A DNA stretch of 64,000 nucleotides from Lingula anatina (lineage: Eukaryota > Animalia > Brachiopoda): the NCBI GenBank assembly GCA_051362555.1, contig CM120641.1, positions 44,646,401 to 44,710,400 on the forward strand, read 5' to 3'. Both the position numbers and the translations under genes were made by a program. This document shows positions 27,892 through 40,088 of the stretch, in pieces. Numbering within the stretch: the first letter of the stretch is position 1; each line of letters starts with the position of its first letter. Below the pieces are notes generated by a model that was given only the letters and a program-made list of their open reading frames with translations, did no database searches and was not told the DNA's origin.

Positions 27892-29065
27892 CGCAATTAT
27901 TACTATACTAACATTTTTTTTTTGTAGAGACCCCGTTAGTGGACTGAAAAAAAAGTATCAGAGAGAATCACTTATAAATCTTTTAACGATCCCAGAGAAA
28001 AATGTACCATACATGTTTGCACATCTGCACGAAATGTGTTAAAGGGATAATAAAATGAATTTTCCTGGAGTAAACAACATTTTCCCATACTTACCAATGG
28101 TTAATGAATCCATTTTTATATTCAAAGTTAGTCCCTGTTTCTTTCTAAAAAGGGTTTTTTTGTTAGAATCTCTTAAGAGATTATAACAGAGTATAGCCAT
28201 CAATGGAGGTCATGTGGTCTGAAGACAAGCTCAAGGTTTTTGTGGTAAAACAGAATATATTTTATTTCTATGAGTTGTTCTCAATGTTTTTATTGTGAAA
28301 TATAGATCTCATACAAAGAGTTATTATCCCTTTAAGTTAAATTCATATTCTAAAAGCCAGTGCAATACGCTCATGCAAATAACAAAACTACATGTAGGTA
28401 GATGTACCGATAGTTAGAGTTAAGGAAAAATAAGTAGCAATACGCTACCCCATGTAACCAAAAATTAACGTCATTTTACTGCATATTTTACTGTCTTTTG
28501 CATATTTTCCTTCATTTAAGAGAGGGTAATACACGTAACTGTCGTTTTACTGAACAAAGAGCTGAGTGAGCAGGCGTATAAACAAGACTTAGAAGGTACT
28601 CCTTGGTGTTTGTTGCACTATTCTTATGGTTGTTATTGATGGCAGAAATACGGCTAAAATACTGTTTTGATAATGTTTGTTTTTAGGATTTTTTTGGCTT
28701 TAACCAGGTTGTGAAGGAAAAGGAGCCTGAAATCTTTGTGGTATTTTTTGAGGTTGAAAACTTGAATAAGTGATAGATATAAAGCATTATAAAATTAGCG
28801 AGAACATCAAGAAAATCTATTAGGTGTATCGTTGTCAAGCTTGTAAATCTTATTTTAAAGATGTCTTAAGGGTTATCTGACAATTGTAATCATTGTGATC
28901 AAGTTGTGAACTGGATCAGTTTCGACTCGAAGCCGACGGCCCATTTTATAATGCTCCGATTTTAGCCCACATGTATCAAACACGTGTTTCTGTCAGATAC
29001 GTATTACGGAGGTAAAAAGGATGTGGGGACCGTTGAAAAATCTGCATCTGACTAGGCACACCATA

Positions 29066-29071
29066 CCCCCC

Positions 29072-29106
<35 letters not shown>
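29066..29106. repeat. Poly-C tract within a unit-1-specific ~780-bp segment
   Basis: About 40 C; the surrounding 28890-29675 is missing from duplication unit 2. Confidence 0.9.
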
Positions 29107-30046
29107 AGGGAACACAGCACTTGAAGGGTGGGGAGTTAAATCCCTTTGCATTCTGGTCACGCAACCAGGGTCACGGGATTGGGAAAATTGAGAAATAGTC
29201 TGGGAGCTTTTTGTTGAACACGTTCACAGTTGTTAACATCTGACAGACTAACATCTGTGTAAGTTACGCTTTTTTAAAGTCACAATCCTGTGTTTATAGA
29301 TATCATTATTGCGTTAGTTGCGCTAGTAAGTGCCCTAACCCAAAATAGGTTCTTAGTAATCCATATGGCCATTGTGCTAGTTGCGCTTAACAGCGTCACA
29401 ACTAAAACCGCAAGTAAATACCTATGGTAATTGAGTAGAAAGGCAGTTGCAACAGATTTTGCATCCAAATTCTATTTAAACAACTTTTAGAAAAATCTCT
29501 CAAATAGAGCTCAAAAGGATTTGAACACAATCAGTACCAATGTTTTTTCAAGGATCCTGCTTTCAATATTCCCTTTTTAATTGGAGTTACCAAAGCCAAC
29601 CTTCGTTAGTAAGGAAACTGGCATCTGCTCATGTCGCCCTACTTACTTATACCAGTGTTTGTTTGAACCAGATTTCAATTTAAAAGCAAGTGTCAGGCGA
29701 ACCAGTGAGCTGTATATAAATAGCTCTTTGAGTGAGTTTAGTTCAAGTTATATTTTCGTTGACTATTGTTACATGGAAATAGAACATCAAGTCATTTTTA
29801 TAATTGAGAATTTACACAATGATGTATTTTGAGAACTGAAGATCACTGTTTATAGAATTATATAAAAATAAAAAGAATTGTGTTGAAAAGTGTCTTGTTT
29901 TGTTTTCCAGCTTTCTGCTGGTTCTTTTCAACTTACCATAAACATTCACTATGTATGGAAATTTGAGGAAAGCACGACTTGATTCACAGGTTAGAATGTT
30001 AGCAAAGTATGCTTTTATTATTTTTCTTTATATAATTACACTATAT

Positions 30047-30440
30047 ATCATCATCATCATCATCACTTAGATGTATTCATTCAATAAGTAAGTCTCCTCT
30101 TTCATTCCTCTCTCCGCAGCCAAATTTTCCTGTGGCACGCTCTTGTTCGTCTGACTTTATCCCGATCTTGGCGTTGAAATCACCCATGACCATGTGGTAG
30201 TGGCAGTCTGTTGTCAACTGACGTTGTACTTCTTCATACAATTGTTCTACTTCTTCATCTGATCTGCTTGATGTTGGTGCATATACCTGAATGAGTTTCA
30301 TTGAGAATCTCTGATTCATTTTGAGCTTGACTGTAGCCACCCTTGCGCTAATTTGCTTTACCTCGATGATGTTCTTGCTTAGCGCCTTGTGTATCAGAAA
30401 TCCAACTCCTTGTTGGCCATTTGAAGCATTTGTATGGTAC
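30047..30440 (-). mobile_element. Truncated non-LTR retrotransposon (RTE-like) APE endonuclease fragment with (TGA)n tail
   Basis: Translation GVGFLI...LIQVYAPTS...EEVEQLYEE...VMGDFNAKIG...GKFGCGERNERG is a typical LINE APE domain. (CAT)n at 30049-30066 forms the 3' tail. Absent from duplication unit 1. Confidence 0.85.
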
Positions 30441-31453
30441 AATATATGTCCGCTATATATATACTGAACAAAAATATAAACGCACGAAAGAATATGTAGA
30501 TTTATTTTCATATATGGAACTAGAGTACATAGCCAATGGAATGTTTAAGTTTCAAATGTATGTCAAGTTAAATTTATCATTTAATTCTAAAACGCGTATT
30601 TCCTGTGGATGTGATTATTAGAATAGATAAATGTGTAGTAGGCTTGTCAGTAACAATTTACTGACTGCCTTGTCTGGAGCACTGCTGCATTACGTAATGT
30701 GTGGTGAATTTTTGGGTAGTAGGCCTACTCTTTGGGCTGGTCAAAGTATGACTATGGGAGAGCATGGATCAGTCACAAAAGTCTCAATATTTTGGCAACG
30801 CCTGCACTGAAGGTATCGAAATTTTGCATACAAGTAGCACGGATGTTACAACATTGTTGCTCTGCGCCAGAATGGCCCAAAACAGACAAACAAACAAAGG
30901 TATGCCCAGACTGGTGTTCCTACACAGAGACCACACCCAAGGCATCCAGAACTTACTACCCAGAAACAGGATTTAAATCCTCTCTTACCATCTATAAGTA
31001 GGAAAAGTACAAAAAAATTAAAGAAAAACGATTCGGTAAAATATTCCATATTAAATGCCAAGTCTGTGTAAAACGCCATTTTTGCATCCTCAGACAATCT
31101 AAATGAAAAACATTTATAGCAATCGGGACGTTAGACGCGTGTTCAATCAGAAAAAAATTAATTTATAAAAGTTGTAGGCCAACAGTGTCTCTACCAGGGC
31201 CGCAGATAATTTTACGTGCACATTTCTCCAACAGCAGAGAATCGAGTCCTTAGTTAGCCAGAGACATCCCATTAGGTAATGAAAAATTCATCTGTGACCC
31301 TGGTAGAACAATCCATATGAAAATAGCATTGAAATATGTAATAAAGATGCAGGTACACAATAAGATAACTGATAAAAACTTCATGAAAGATGTTATCTAT
31401 ATGATCAGTAGTTCTTAAGACTGTCAGGTAGCTGCTTTACGGATTCCAGTACC

Positions 31454-32848
31454 ATGAACAAGGTCTTCCTTCGTTTGTGTAGCTGTTTCTGTTCAAAAAA
31501 GGGCCTAGCAATTCTTTCAATCGGCGGACTGTTTTTCCTGTTGGCCTCGTTCATAGTAGACACGAAACACTCCAGTTTAGTAACACAAAGCGGACAATAT
31601 GGCACAGGTATCTGTCAACAGAAATATATCTACAATTACGTCCTGGAAGGTATTACCAGTGACGGCAATGGCACGCGTCTGTTAAAAGCACCCATCGGTA
31701 CTTGCTACATGAAAAGCTTCCCTTCTTGGTTGTTAAGGGAGAAATTTGATGATGAACTCCACGTAAACGCCTCATTTATGTCAGTGGCTTTGGCAGATGA
31801 GATGAAAAGGTGTGGCAATGAAGAAAGTGGATATTTAGATATTATTTTACGCGCAATAGTGAGAAACTACACGGCGAGCGGAAAGCTTCAAATGAATTAC
31901 TTGTTGAAGCTGACAGTGAATTGCAGCTACGATCCAGTGGAAAGCGGTCATTTCCTGGGGATACCAGCCGTTATGTACGAACGACATGGCGGACCAGAGG
32001 ATGCCAGGTTGTTTGTTGTGGATGGAAGCAATGTCATTGTTTATTCAAGAATAGTCGAAGGGTTTCTCTCCAGAGTGTATTTGTACAATATTGACACCGA
32101 TGAGGGTCCGAAGCGAATACAAGTCAATGACATGGCCCTTCAAGGGTGGGAAAAGAACTGGGTACCGCTTCAGTCCACAGCTTCTTTTTCACCCTATAGT
32201 CAAAGCTCCTACACAGCCAAAGACAAGACATTTTTTCTAGTTTATTCACTTTCTCCCTTCATTATGTTAAAATGCGACTACGCCTCCGCCGTATGCTCCC
32301 AGCATAATCCTGTATCCGGATCAGATTTGAATAAAAAGTCTGACACGACTTTACCTGGGGACTCTATCAATCCACTCAACCCGGCTCCTTCAAAACAAAG
32401 ACGAGGGTCGTCATTTCTCCGGAACGGCACACCTTTTGTTCATTACAGGGACGACCTCCATATAGCACTGATTCACCGACGCTTTCGCAAAGTTTACCAC
32501 GTTTACCTTGCGGTTCTAAGCTCCAGAACACTTAGTATTATATACATCAGCGAGCCTGTGCGATTTCACGCAGACCTTTATTGCAACACCATTCAGCCGA
32601 ATTTTCTTTTCCCATTTGTGTATCCAACTTCACTGATATTGAAAAATCCGGATACGTTACATATTGGAGCACACGTAAATGACAGAGAAGCCATCATGTT
32701 GAGAATGACCGGAGTTCAAAGCTTAATGAACTCTCTCTTGGAGAAAGACCACCACACCGGGCTATCAGACACTGATATAAAACTGTACGTGGAGGCCCAC
32801 GACTTGGCGAAAAGAAGGCGATCATGTGCAAATAACTTTAGTTGGTAG
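31454..32848 (+). CDS. Intronless GT91/BMT-like protein, copy 2 (464 aa)
   Basis: About 95% amino-acid identical to 26497-27891, same length, no stops or frameshifts, all motifs intact. Confidence 0.75.
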   Translation: MNKVFLRLCSCFCSKKGLAILSIGGLFFLLASFIVDTKHSSLVTQSGQYGTGICQQKYIYNYVLEGITSDGNGTRLLKAPIGTCYMKSFPSWLLREKFDDELHVNASFMSVALADEMKRCGNEESGYLDIILRAIVRNYTASGKLQMNYLLKLTVNCSYDPVESGHFLGIPAVMYERHGGPEDARLFVVDGSNVIVYSRIVEGFLSRVYLYNIDTDEGPKRIQVNDMALQGWEKNWVPLQSTASFSPYSQSSYTAKDKTFFLVYSLSPFIMLKCDYASAVCSQHNPVSGSDLNKKSDTTLPGDSINPLNPAPSKQRRGSSFLRNGTPFVHYRDDLHIALIHRRFRKVYHVYLAVLSSRTLSIIYISEPVRFHADLYCNTIQPNFLFPFVYPTSLILKNPDTLHIGAHVNDREAIMLRMTGVQSLMNSLLEKDHHTGLSDTDIKLYVEAHDLAKRRRSCANNFSW

Positions 32849-34676
32849 CAAAGTTATTACGATATTAACATTGTTTGCTGAATTCCACATCAGTGGACTG
32901 AAAAAAAAGCATCAGAAGGCATCACTTATAAAGCTTTTTACGATCCCTGAGAAAAATGTACCATTCATGTTTGCACATCTGCACGAAATACAGGAAATAT
33001 GTTAAGTTAAATTCATATTCTAAAAGCCAGTGCCATACGCTCATGCAAATGACAAAACTAGGTAGATGCACCGATAGTTAGGGTTAAGGAAAAATGAGTA
33101 GCAATACGCTACCCCATGTAACCAAAAATTAACGTCATTTTTAATGCATATTTTACTGTCTTATGCATATTTTCCTTCATTTAAGAAAAGGGTAATACAC
33201 TTTTTACTGAACAAAAAGCTGAGTGAGCAGGCGCATAAACAAGACTTAGAAGGTACTTCTTGGTGTTTGTTGCATTATTCTTATGGTTGTTATTGATAGC
33301 AGAAATACGGCTAAAATACTGACTTGATAATGTTTCTTATTAGGTATTTTGTTGGCTTTAACCAGGTTGTGAAGAAAAAGGAGCCTGAAATCTTTGTGGT
33401 ATTTTTTGTGGTTGAAAACTTGAATAAGTGATAGATATAAAGCATTATAAAATTAGCGAGAACATCAAGAAAATCTATTAGGTGTATCGCTGTCAAGCAT
33501 GTAAATCTTATTTTAAAGATGTGTTAAGGGTCATCTGACATTTGTAATCTGTCTATGATTTAACAATTTAAAAGCAAGTGTCAGGCGAACCAATGAGTTG
33601 TATATACAGGTACCAGTAGGTCTTTGAGTGAGCTTAGTTCAAGTGACATTTTCATTGACTTATGTTACATGTACACAGGGCATCAAGTCTGGAAAGTGCA
33701 TACAACTACTATATAGTAATTTTTATTTCGCAACGTTTGTATCAGATAAATGTGGTGGAAATGTAGCCTACAGATGTGTTAAGAAATACAATGGTGTATA
33801 ATGGGGGGGGGTCGGTATAAGAGAAGCAGCAGCTATCAAGTATAACTAGGATAGAGTGCCCTTTCATCTGGTAGTAAAGATTACTTTAAATTGTTGCATT
33901 GTAATTTATATTTTGTTGACTTGTCAAACATAAAACTAAGAATAAAATGAAATCTCATATCCCAACATATACATTGTGCAGTTCAAGACAGAAAATTTTA
34001 TATTTCAATATTTGACAAAAGGAAATTGTGCTTATACCGGTATATTGTAGAGTTTTACTCAATTACCTTGAATGTGCATACATGATAGCCTTTCCACAAT
34101 CAGTTTTTTATACTCCGTTGCTTAATGCCTGATAATTAAATCTGCATGTAATGAATTAGATGTATTTGATAAGCTTTTGGAAATACAAAAACACCTCATT
34201 ACGCAGTATGAATTTCAGTGTCTAGCCTTGAAAGCTGTGTTATTCTTAAAACAAAGTTATTCACAAAACAATCATTATATTTACACGGACGATATTCAAA
34301 CTCCAAAGTAATGAAAATTAATACTTACGAACTAAACTAAAGAAAGGGCAGGTCAGTCGAGCATTGGATTAGACGTTTAAAATGTAAGATAGTTCATAAG
34401 AAACACATGATATTCCGTAGTCTACACAAATGTCTACAAAAGAAAGAAAAAAGGGAAAAAAAAGAGATTCAAAATTGCAACGCTAAATACTGAAGGTTTA
34501 GGATTTATACATGTACATGTATATAAAGGAGAATGGTGAATATGCAACGATAATTTTTTCATCCCGTCAACCAAGTCAACAACTTTAAAAGTGTAGGTTC
34601 TTCTTACTTTAAATTCCAAATGTACAATGCGAAATATCTGAAGAAACGTCTTTATCTATTGATAAGCTATATACAT

Positions 34677-35704
34677 TTAGATCAAGCAAAGATATGAGAG
34701 CAAACACGCAAATATCATAACAACGATACTGTTTGACAAAACCGATGCTACGCTGATACATGGATAAAATTCGCCTTCGATAGTTAAATCTTCACAGTCG
34801 CCATTGTGAGTACAGTTTCCCTTTTCAATTATCAGCGGTCGTTCTTCTATGGACATGTTATAATACGGCGAATCAGTGAAGTTGTAGCAGCAGACAAAAT
34901 CCGTGCCATCTGCGCTAGGCGTGGGCGGGGCGGCAGTGCTGTTGATAACAGGTTCTGAGGCGTTATAAGCCAGGAAGTGGACCTTCCACTGGCCCTTACA
35001 GCTGCTGGATATGGTGTCATAGGTGGCCCTGTCAACGCCAGTACCTGTCAGGTTCACCGCAACTGGATTATCTAGAAAAAATATAATTATGACTCTTATC
35101 TCCGCCAAGGTCTCCTTGGTTTGTATGTGTCAGCAACATTATGCAAAAAGAACGGATTTTGATGAAATTTTCAGGAACTCTCGTCAAGAAACAAATGACG
35201 AGATTTGGTGGTGATTACTATTTATACATGAACTTATTAATATCAGGAAAATGGGGGCATTACACAGGCTTCGTTTCCGTATACACGTTTTTATTCTCTG
35301 TCCGTCTGTACCGCAAGCTCCAATACCTCCGTCCTCTGGCTTCTCGATCGAAGTTATGCATCCGAAAATTTAAATTTAACTAAACTAAGGCCACTTTGTT
35401 CCATGATATTTTTTGTTTATGTATGTATTAATTTATTATTTTCATTTTTTTTTGCGAAATAGGCCCTACAACCTACCGTTTGACTGTCCACCGGGTATGA
35501 TCCCTACCGCAGCCAGTATACCAATAATGATGGCAGCCAGTAACAGTAGCAATAACAACGCTAGCAATATCCACAGACAACATCGTCTTCTGCGTTTCTT
35601 CTTCTCCTCTTCGCTCAATCCCTCCCCGGTGGCTCCTCCGCCTCCCACCGCCGCTGCTGTGGTGGCGCCACTGGTGCTCGTTACAGTGATCGTCTGCCAA
35701 AAAA

Positions 35705-35735
<31 letters not shown>

Positions 35736-36783
35736 AAAATAAAAGGATGAATGAATGAAAAAACGATAAATAAATAATCAAATAATTTTTAAAAAAATCA
35801 CAACATTGACTTTTATTTAGCACAGACTGGCTCATTTAAATTCATCAGAAGTAACTAAAAACAATAAAAGTATTTCAACATCACAATATCCCATGACATG
35901 TCTATTTCATCCCAGACTGACACAAACCTTCGAGTGTCCCATTCATACTATGAAGACAGGCAACACAAAATATTGGTTGTTCGAGATTTGGTCAAACAAG
36001 GCCCCCTTTTTTTTTACATAAAGCCACTAATGAATTGTCCCGATTACTTAAACAATAAAACAAATTGTTGCCTGTATCCTTTTCGGTCACTACTACATTT
36101 ATAGACGCTGACAAGACATTAGTTCACAAACGACAGCAAAGGTCTGTACTCTCTCCCTTTCTTATCAGGCTAAAGGCGAATGTGAAAATCATCCTTAGTG
36201 GTCCTAGCACAGTTTTAACTCGGAAATATACAGGTTTTATTTTCAAACCCACCTGTAACATCTAGGCTAAAAGTAGTTGGAATAATGGAACGTATCGGCG
36301 GCTAATTTCAAACGCTGGAGATGGGCGATACAAAGTAAATTAGATCTGAGATGTGAACACCTTTCCATCGTTCTTACCATCTCTAGCAAAATGCTCACCT
36401 TTACCGCAGATGAAGGCGTTGAAAGTAATCAAACCTTTAATACTCTTTTTGACGGCTCGCTCTTTTTCCTATAATAATCGAGTAAAAGTACTTACGGTTA
36501 CTTTCGAAGATCTAGATCTGCTGAAAAAGCTGAAGATCGACTTTCCTTTCCCTTTCTTCCCATCTTTGCTCTTATTTCCTTTATTTTTTCCACCTTTATT
36601 CCATCCTTCTTTTTTCCCTTTTGAGCCGCTTGAAGTTGTAGCCTGTTTAGATTTGGTTTGAGCGTCTGAATTTCTTTTCTTTAAGTCATCTTGGGGGATG
36701 TTTCTATCGCCCTTGAAGCGATTGCGTTCTGGCTGATTGTAGTAACTGTTCGGTTTGCCCAAGGCTCCGCTTGCGATAGGCAT
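34677..36783 (-). CDS. Uncharacterised membrane glycoprotein A (~299 aa): Lys-rich cytoplasmic tail, TM, 6-Cys ectodomain, C-terminal GPI-like signal
   Basis: Exons 36783-36496, 35693-35477, 35071-34677 join in frame (phases 0 and 1) with GT-AG sites; in-frame TAA upstream of the ATG. RRRRCC-LWILLALLLLLLLAAIIIGILAAVGII TM; six N-x-S/T sequons; hydrophobic C-terminus. The exons are conserved in a paralog. Confidence 0.8.
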
Positions 36784-36839
36784 TTGGCTGGCTTGTTAGA
36801 CTACATATTGAAATGAGATTGTTAAAAGACACCGTACAC

Positions 36840-36840
36840 T

Positions 36841-36887
<47 letters not shown>
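36840..36887. repeat. (TG)n(GA)n microsatellite
   Basis: Direct reading. Confidence 0.95.
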
Positions 36888-36888
<1 letters not shown>

Positions 36889-37931
36889 ACTAACTAATAT
36901 ATTGACAACTTATTGGTCATAACAGTCAACTATAAAATTTGTTTAAAACTTCTTTCAAACACAAATTATAAAATTTTAAAGAAAAAATACTCACCAAATA
37001 TCGTAGAAGAGTACCTAATGTTTGGAGGGCATCTGATATTTGTGGTGTTTATTCGAAATCACATAGAAACTTTCCAACAAAAATCACTGAAATCGCGGAT
37101 TAATCAGAAAATCAACATAAGCTTCCAATAGGGCTATAGACTAAGCCGTCAATTGTTTACGTATTAATCAACTCAATATAGCGTACACAAAACTGAGCTT
37201 TTATTCCCGAAACAAATATATCTTAACTAGAGTTTATAGGAAGCAGGTTTGTTTCTATGCAAATCAACTCAGATGTCATAAAACGATATCCGAGTGCAAA
37301 CTTTAACCTTGTTCTTGTTTAGGTGTTATAAAGGGAACATCGGGGTCAGGCATTGAAATGGTGGAAATAAGGATTTGACCATTATCGACAATTTCAACTT
37401 TGTCAACAAAAATGAGTTTAATCAACTGGTGACAACTCGCAAAATAACGTAACCCAACTGATCGAAAACACGTCAATGCAGTCACGTTGTATATTCAATT
37501 TCATTCAATTTATTTTTATAAATATATAAATCAATTCCTTAGAGGGCTTGAATCCACCGCTTTACCATTCCTTTAAGGCGAATATATCAGTCTTACAATT
37601 ATTGTTTAGAGATCTTTACTAAATGAAAAGGGTTGCAAATAAAAACAAATAAAATCTCCTGTGAAAACAAGCCATTTGCCTCTCATAATTAAACGCTGCA
37701 AATATAAAAGTTTTTGCGAATATGTGAATTTTTAAGAAGCAGTTTTAAGCAACTTGGCTAAACCAGGAGACGAAATAAGAATGCTAGTTATTATGATAAT
37801 TCAAGAGATTTTAGTGTTTATTACAAAACTTATGTCAAACAAATTAACTTAATGCAGTGAACATACAGTCAGACTAGAAAATTCCTCAGATCCAACACAG
37901 GGCTACAGGGCTCATATAATTGGTCAGAAGT

Positions 37932-38097
37932 CAGGGGCGTAACCAGACCTTCTAAAATTGTACGCACAGATTTTGAAAATTCCCAGGTACAATTATATTC
38001 CGTGAAAAATACACTGAATTTATGGAGAATAATATCATGGTTGGCTCAAAAAATTGTACGCACAGTGCATCCGTGCGTATGCCTGGTTACGCCCGTG
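37932..38097. mobile_element. MITE with ~15-bp TIR and 5-bp TSD
   Basis: CAGGGGCGTAACCAG ... CTGGTTACGCCCGTG, flanked by GAAGT on both sides. Confidence 0.8.
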
Positions 38098-39421
38098 GAA
38101 GTCGTCTGCGTCGATAGATAGATTTTTGTGAAATCAAAGGATATACGCATTACACGCACAAAACTATCTTCTTCACACTATAACAAAAATAAATAGACAA
38201 ATAATAAAACATCACAATCAGTTTTGTATTTTTGAACCAGTTAATAAATTTGGTTAAAAATTGGTAAAATGGTCGTCTTATTACACACAACTACAAAGGC
38301 CCCACTGCCCTGAATAACCGCCGGGATGACATTGTGAATATTATTGAAAGACATGTGTTCTGTATACTTATAAAAGTCTGCCGTTGTTCAAAACTCCAAA
38401 TTCTAGAGACCAACTCCTCTTTGTTGCTTGGTTTCACGTTTTCGAAGATAGCGCTTGATCTCCGCCCGCTGTTTCTTTTATAATTCCGATCTGGTATCTC
38501 GGGTGGGGGTCAGGTGTGACGAAACTGAGGCACGTGTAATGTGTAGGTTAGCGTGAAGTCAGGGGGTCTATATCTAGGACGTGGATTACCTATACAAATC
38601 AATGGGAACTAGACTTGGTGAGGTCACATCGAAACTAAATCACGATTAAATTAGGGAGTTTAAACTTTGGCATGCAACAAAATTGCACTGAAAGCATTGG
38701 GTGCTGGCTTCTTGTTTCCAATATTGTATATCCTGTTCATATATTCATTATCCTAACATTAAACTTCCCCATTGTCATAAATAAATGGCAATGGAATAGG
38801 AGTGGCGAGTATATAATCGTGCTGGTAGTTAAAGACGAAACAGTAGGAGCTAAGCGAATATACATGTAATTAGTTTTCAGAAGGCCATCATTAAACACAT
38901 ATTTTGTAGAATTTTGTTCCGTTACTTTGTTCACTTTTATTTTCATTCATCACAGTCCTTTTTTACATTCAACATAGAGTCGGATAATAAACGCTCATTT
39001 CTACCTTTTTCGGCTCACTTATTCTTTAAACAAAGTTATACCTAAAACAATCACCTCATTTACAAGGACAACAATCACATTTCAAAGTAATGAAAATTAT
39101 AACTTGAAAAGTAACGAAAGTATTGGCCAGTTACACTGGGTTAGATTTTCTTAATTTCATATTTTTTGTTCGAAACACGAAACAATGCTTAGCCTTTATA
39201 CGTATGTGCCCATGTAACGAAATAAATGGAAATTGTAACGGTATTTGAAGTTTGGGATTTTGGAACGCTTAATATTATATAAAGACGAACATCCAGCAAC
39301 GCTAATATTCAATCAAGCCAACAACATACAGAGTACACACTCTTCTTACTTTCTTCATAATTTACAATGCAAAACATAAAAATACTTCATTTATTGATAT
39401 TCTACCCAGTATATGCATTTA

Positions 39422-40088
39422 TTACAAGCCAAGATATGAAAACAAAAACCCGTATACTATGATAGCGATACTGTTTGACAAAACTGATGCCACGCTAACG
39501 CATGGATACCGTTTGCCTCCGATAACTAAATCTTTACATAAGCCGTTGTCAGTACAGTTTGCCTTTTCAATTATCAGCGGTCGTTCTTCTATGGACATAT
39601 TTTTATAATGGTCAGTGAAGTTGTAGCAGCAGATCAGATCCGTGCCATCTGCGCTAGGCGTGGGCGGGGCGGCAGTACTGTTGATAACGGGTTCTGAGGT
39701 GTTATAGGTCAGAAAGTGGACCTTCCACTGGCCCTTGCAGCTGCTGGATATGGCGTCATAGATGGCCCTGTCAATGCCAGTACCTGTCAGGTGCACCGCA
39801 ACTGGGTTATCTGGGGAAAAGATAATAAGCCTAAAATGTCACTTTGCTCTATAGAAAGATACAGGAAAAACAGCTTTTCATGTTTTTTAAATAAATTTCG
39901 TATTTGTTTTTATCCATGTATTCCTCTTTTTCTTTATCATACCACATACCGTTTGACTGTCTCCCTGGAATAATCCCTACCGCAGCCAGTATACAAATGA
40001 TAGCCACTAGTAACGGTAGGAATAACAGAACTAGCACTATCCACATACAACTTAACTTCTGTTCTGCATTCAGTCCTTTCCAGGACAT
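39422..40088 (-). CDS. Uncharacterised membrane glycoprotein B (~175 aa), paralog of A with short N-terminus
   Basis: Exons 40088-39950 and 39810-39422, same phase-1 intron position as A. Ectodomain Cys pattern and hydrophobic tail conserved. Upstream 40250-40550 matches 36990-37295 (shared putative 5' UTR exon/promoter). Confidence 0.7.

Larger units (their letters stand above)
25180..33690 (+). repeat. Tandem segmental duplication (unit 1 ~25180-29790, unit 2 ~29790-33690)
   Basis: 25183-25490 matches 29792-30048; the ORFs and flanks match; 28330-28890 matches 33003-33548; 29677-29792 matches 33565-33689. Confidence 0.9.

Noticed and set aside
36378-36468. Possible additional exon in membrane gene A
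   Set aside because: The implied upstream intron would be only ~27 nt, and the flanking exons already join in frame.
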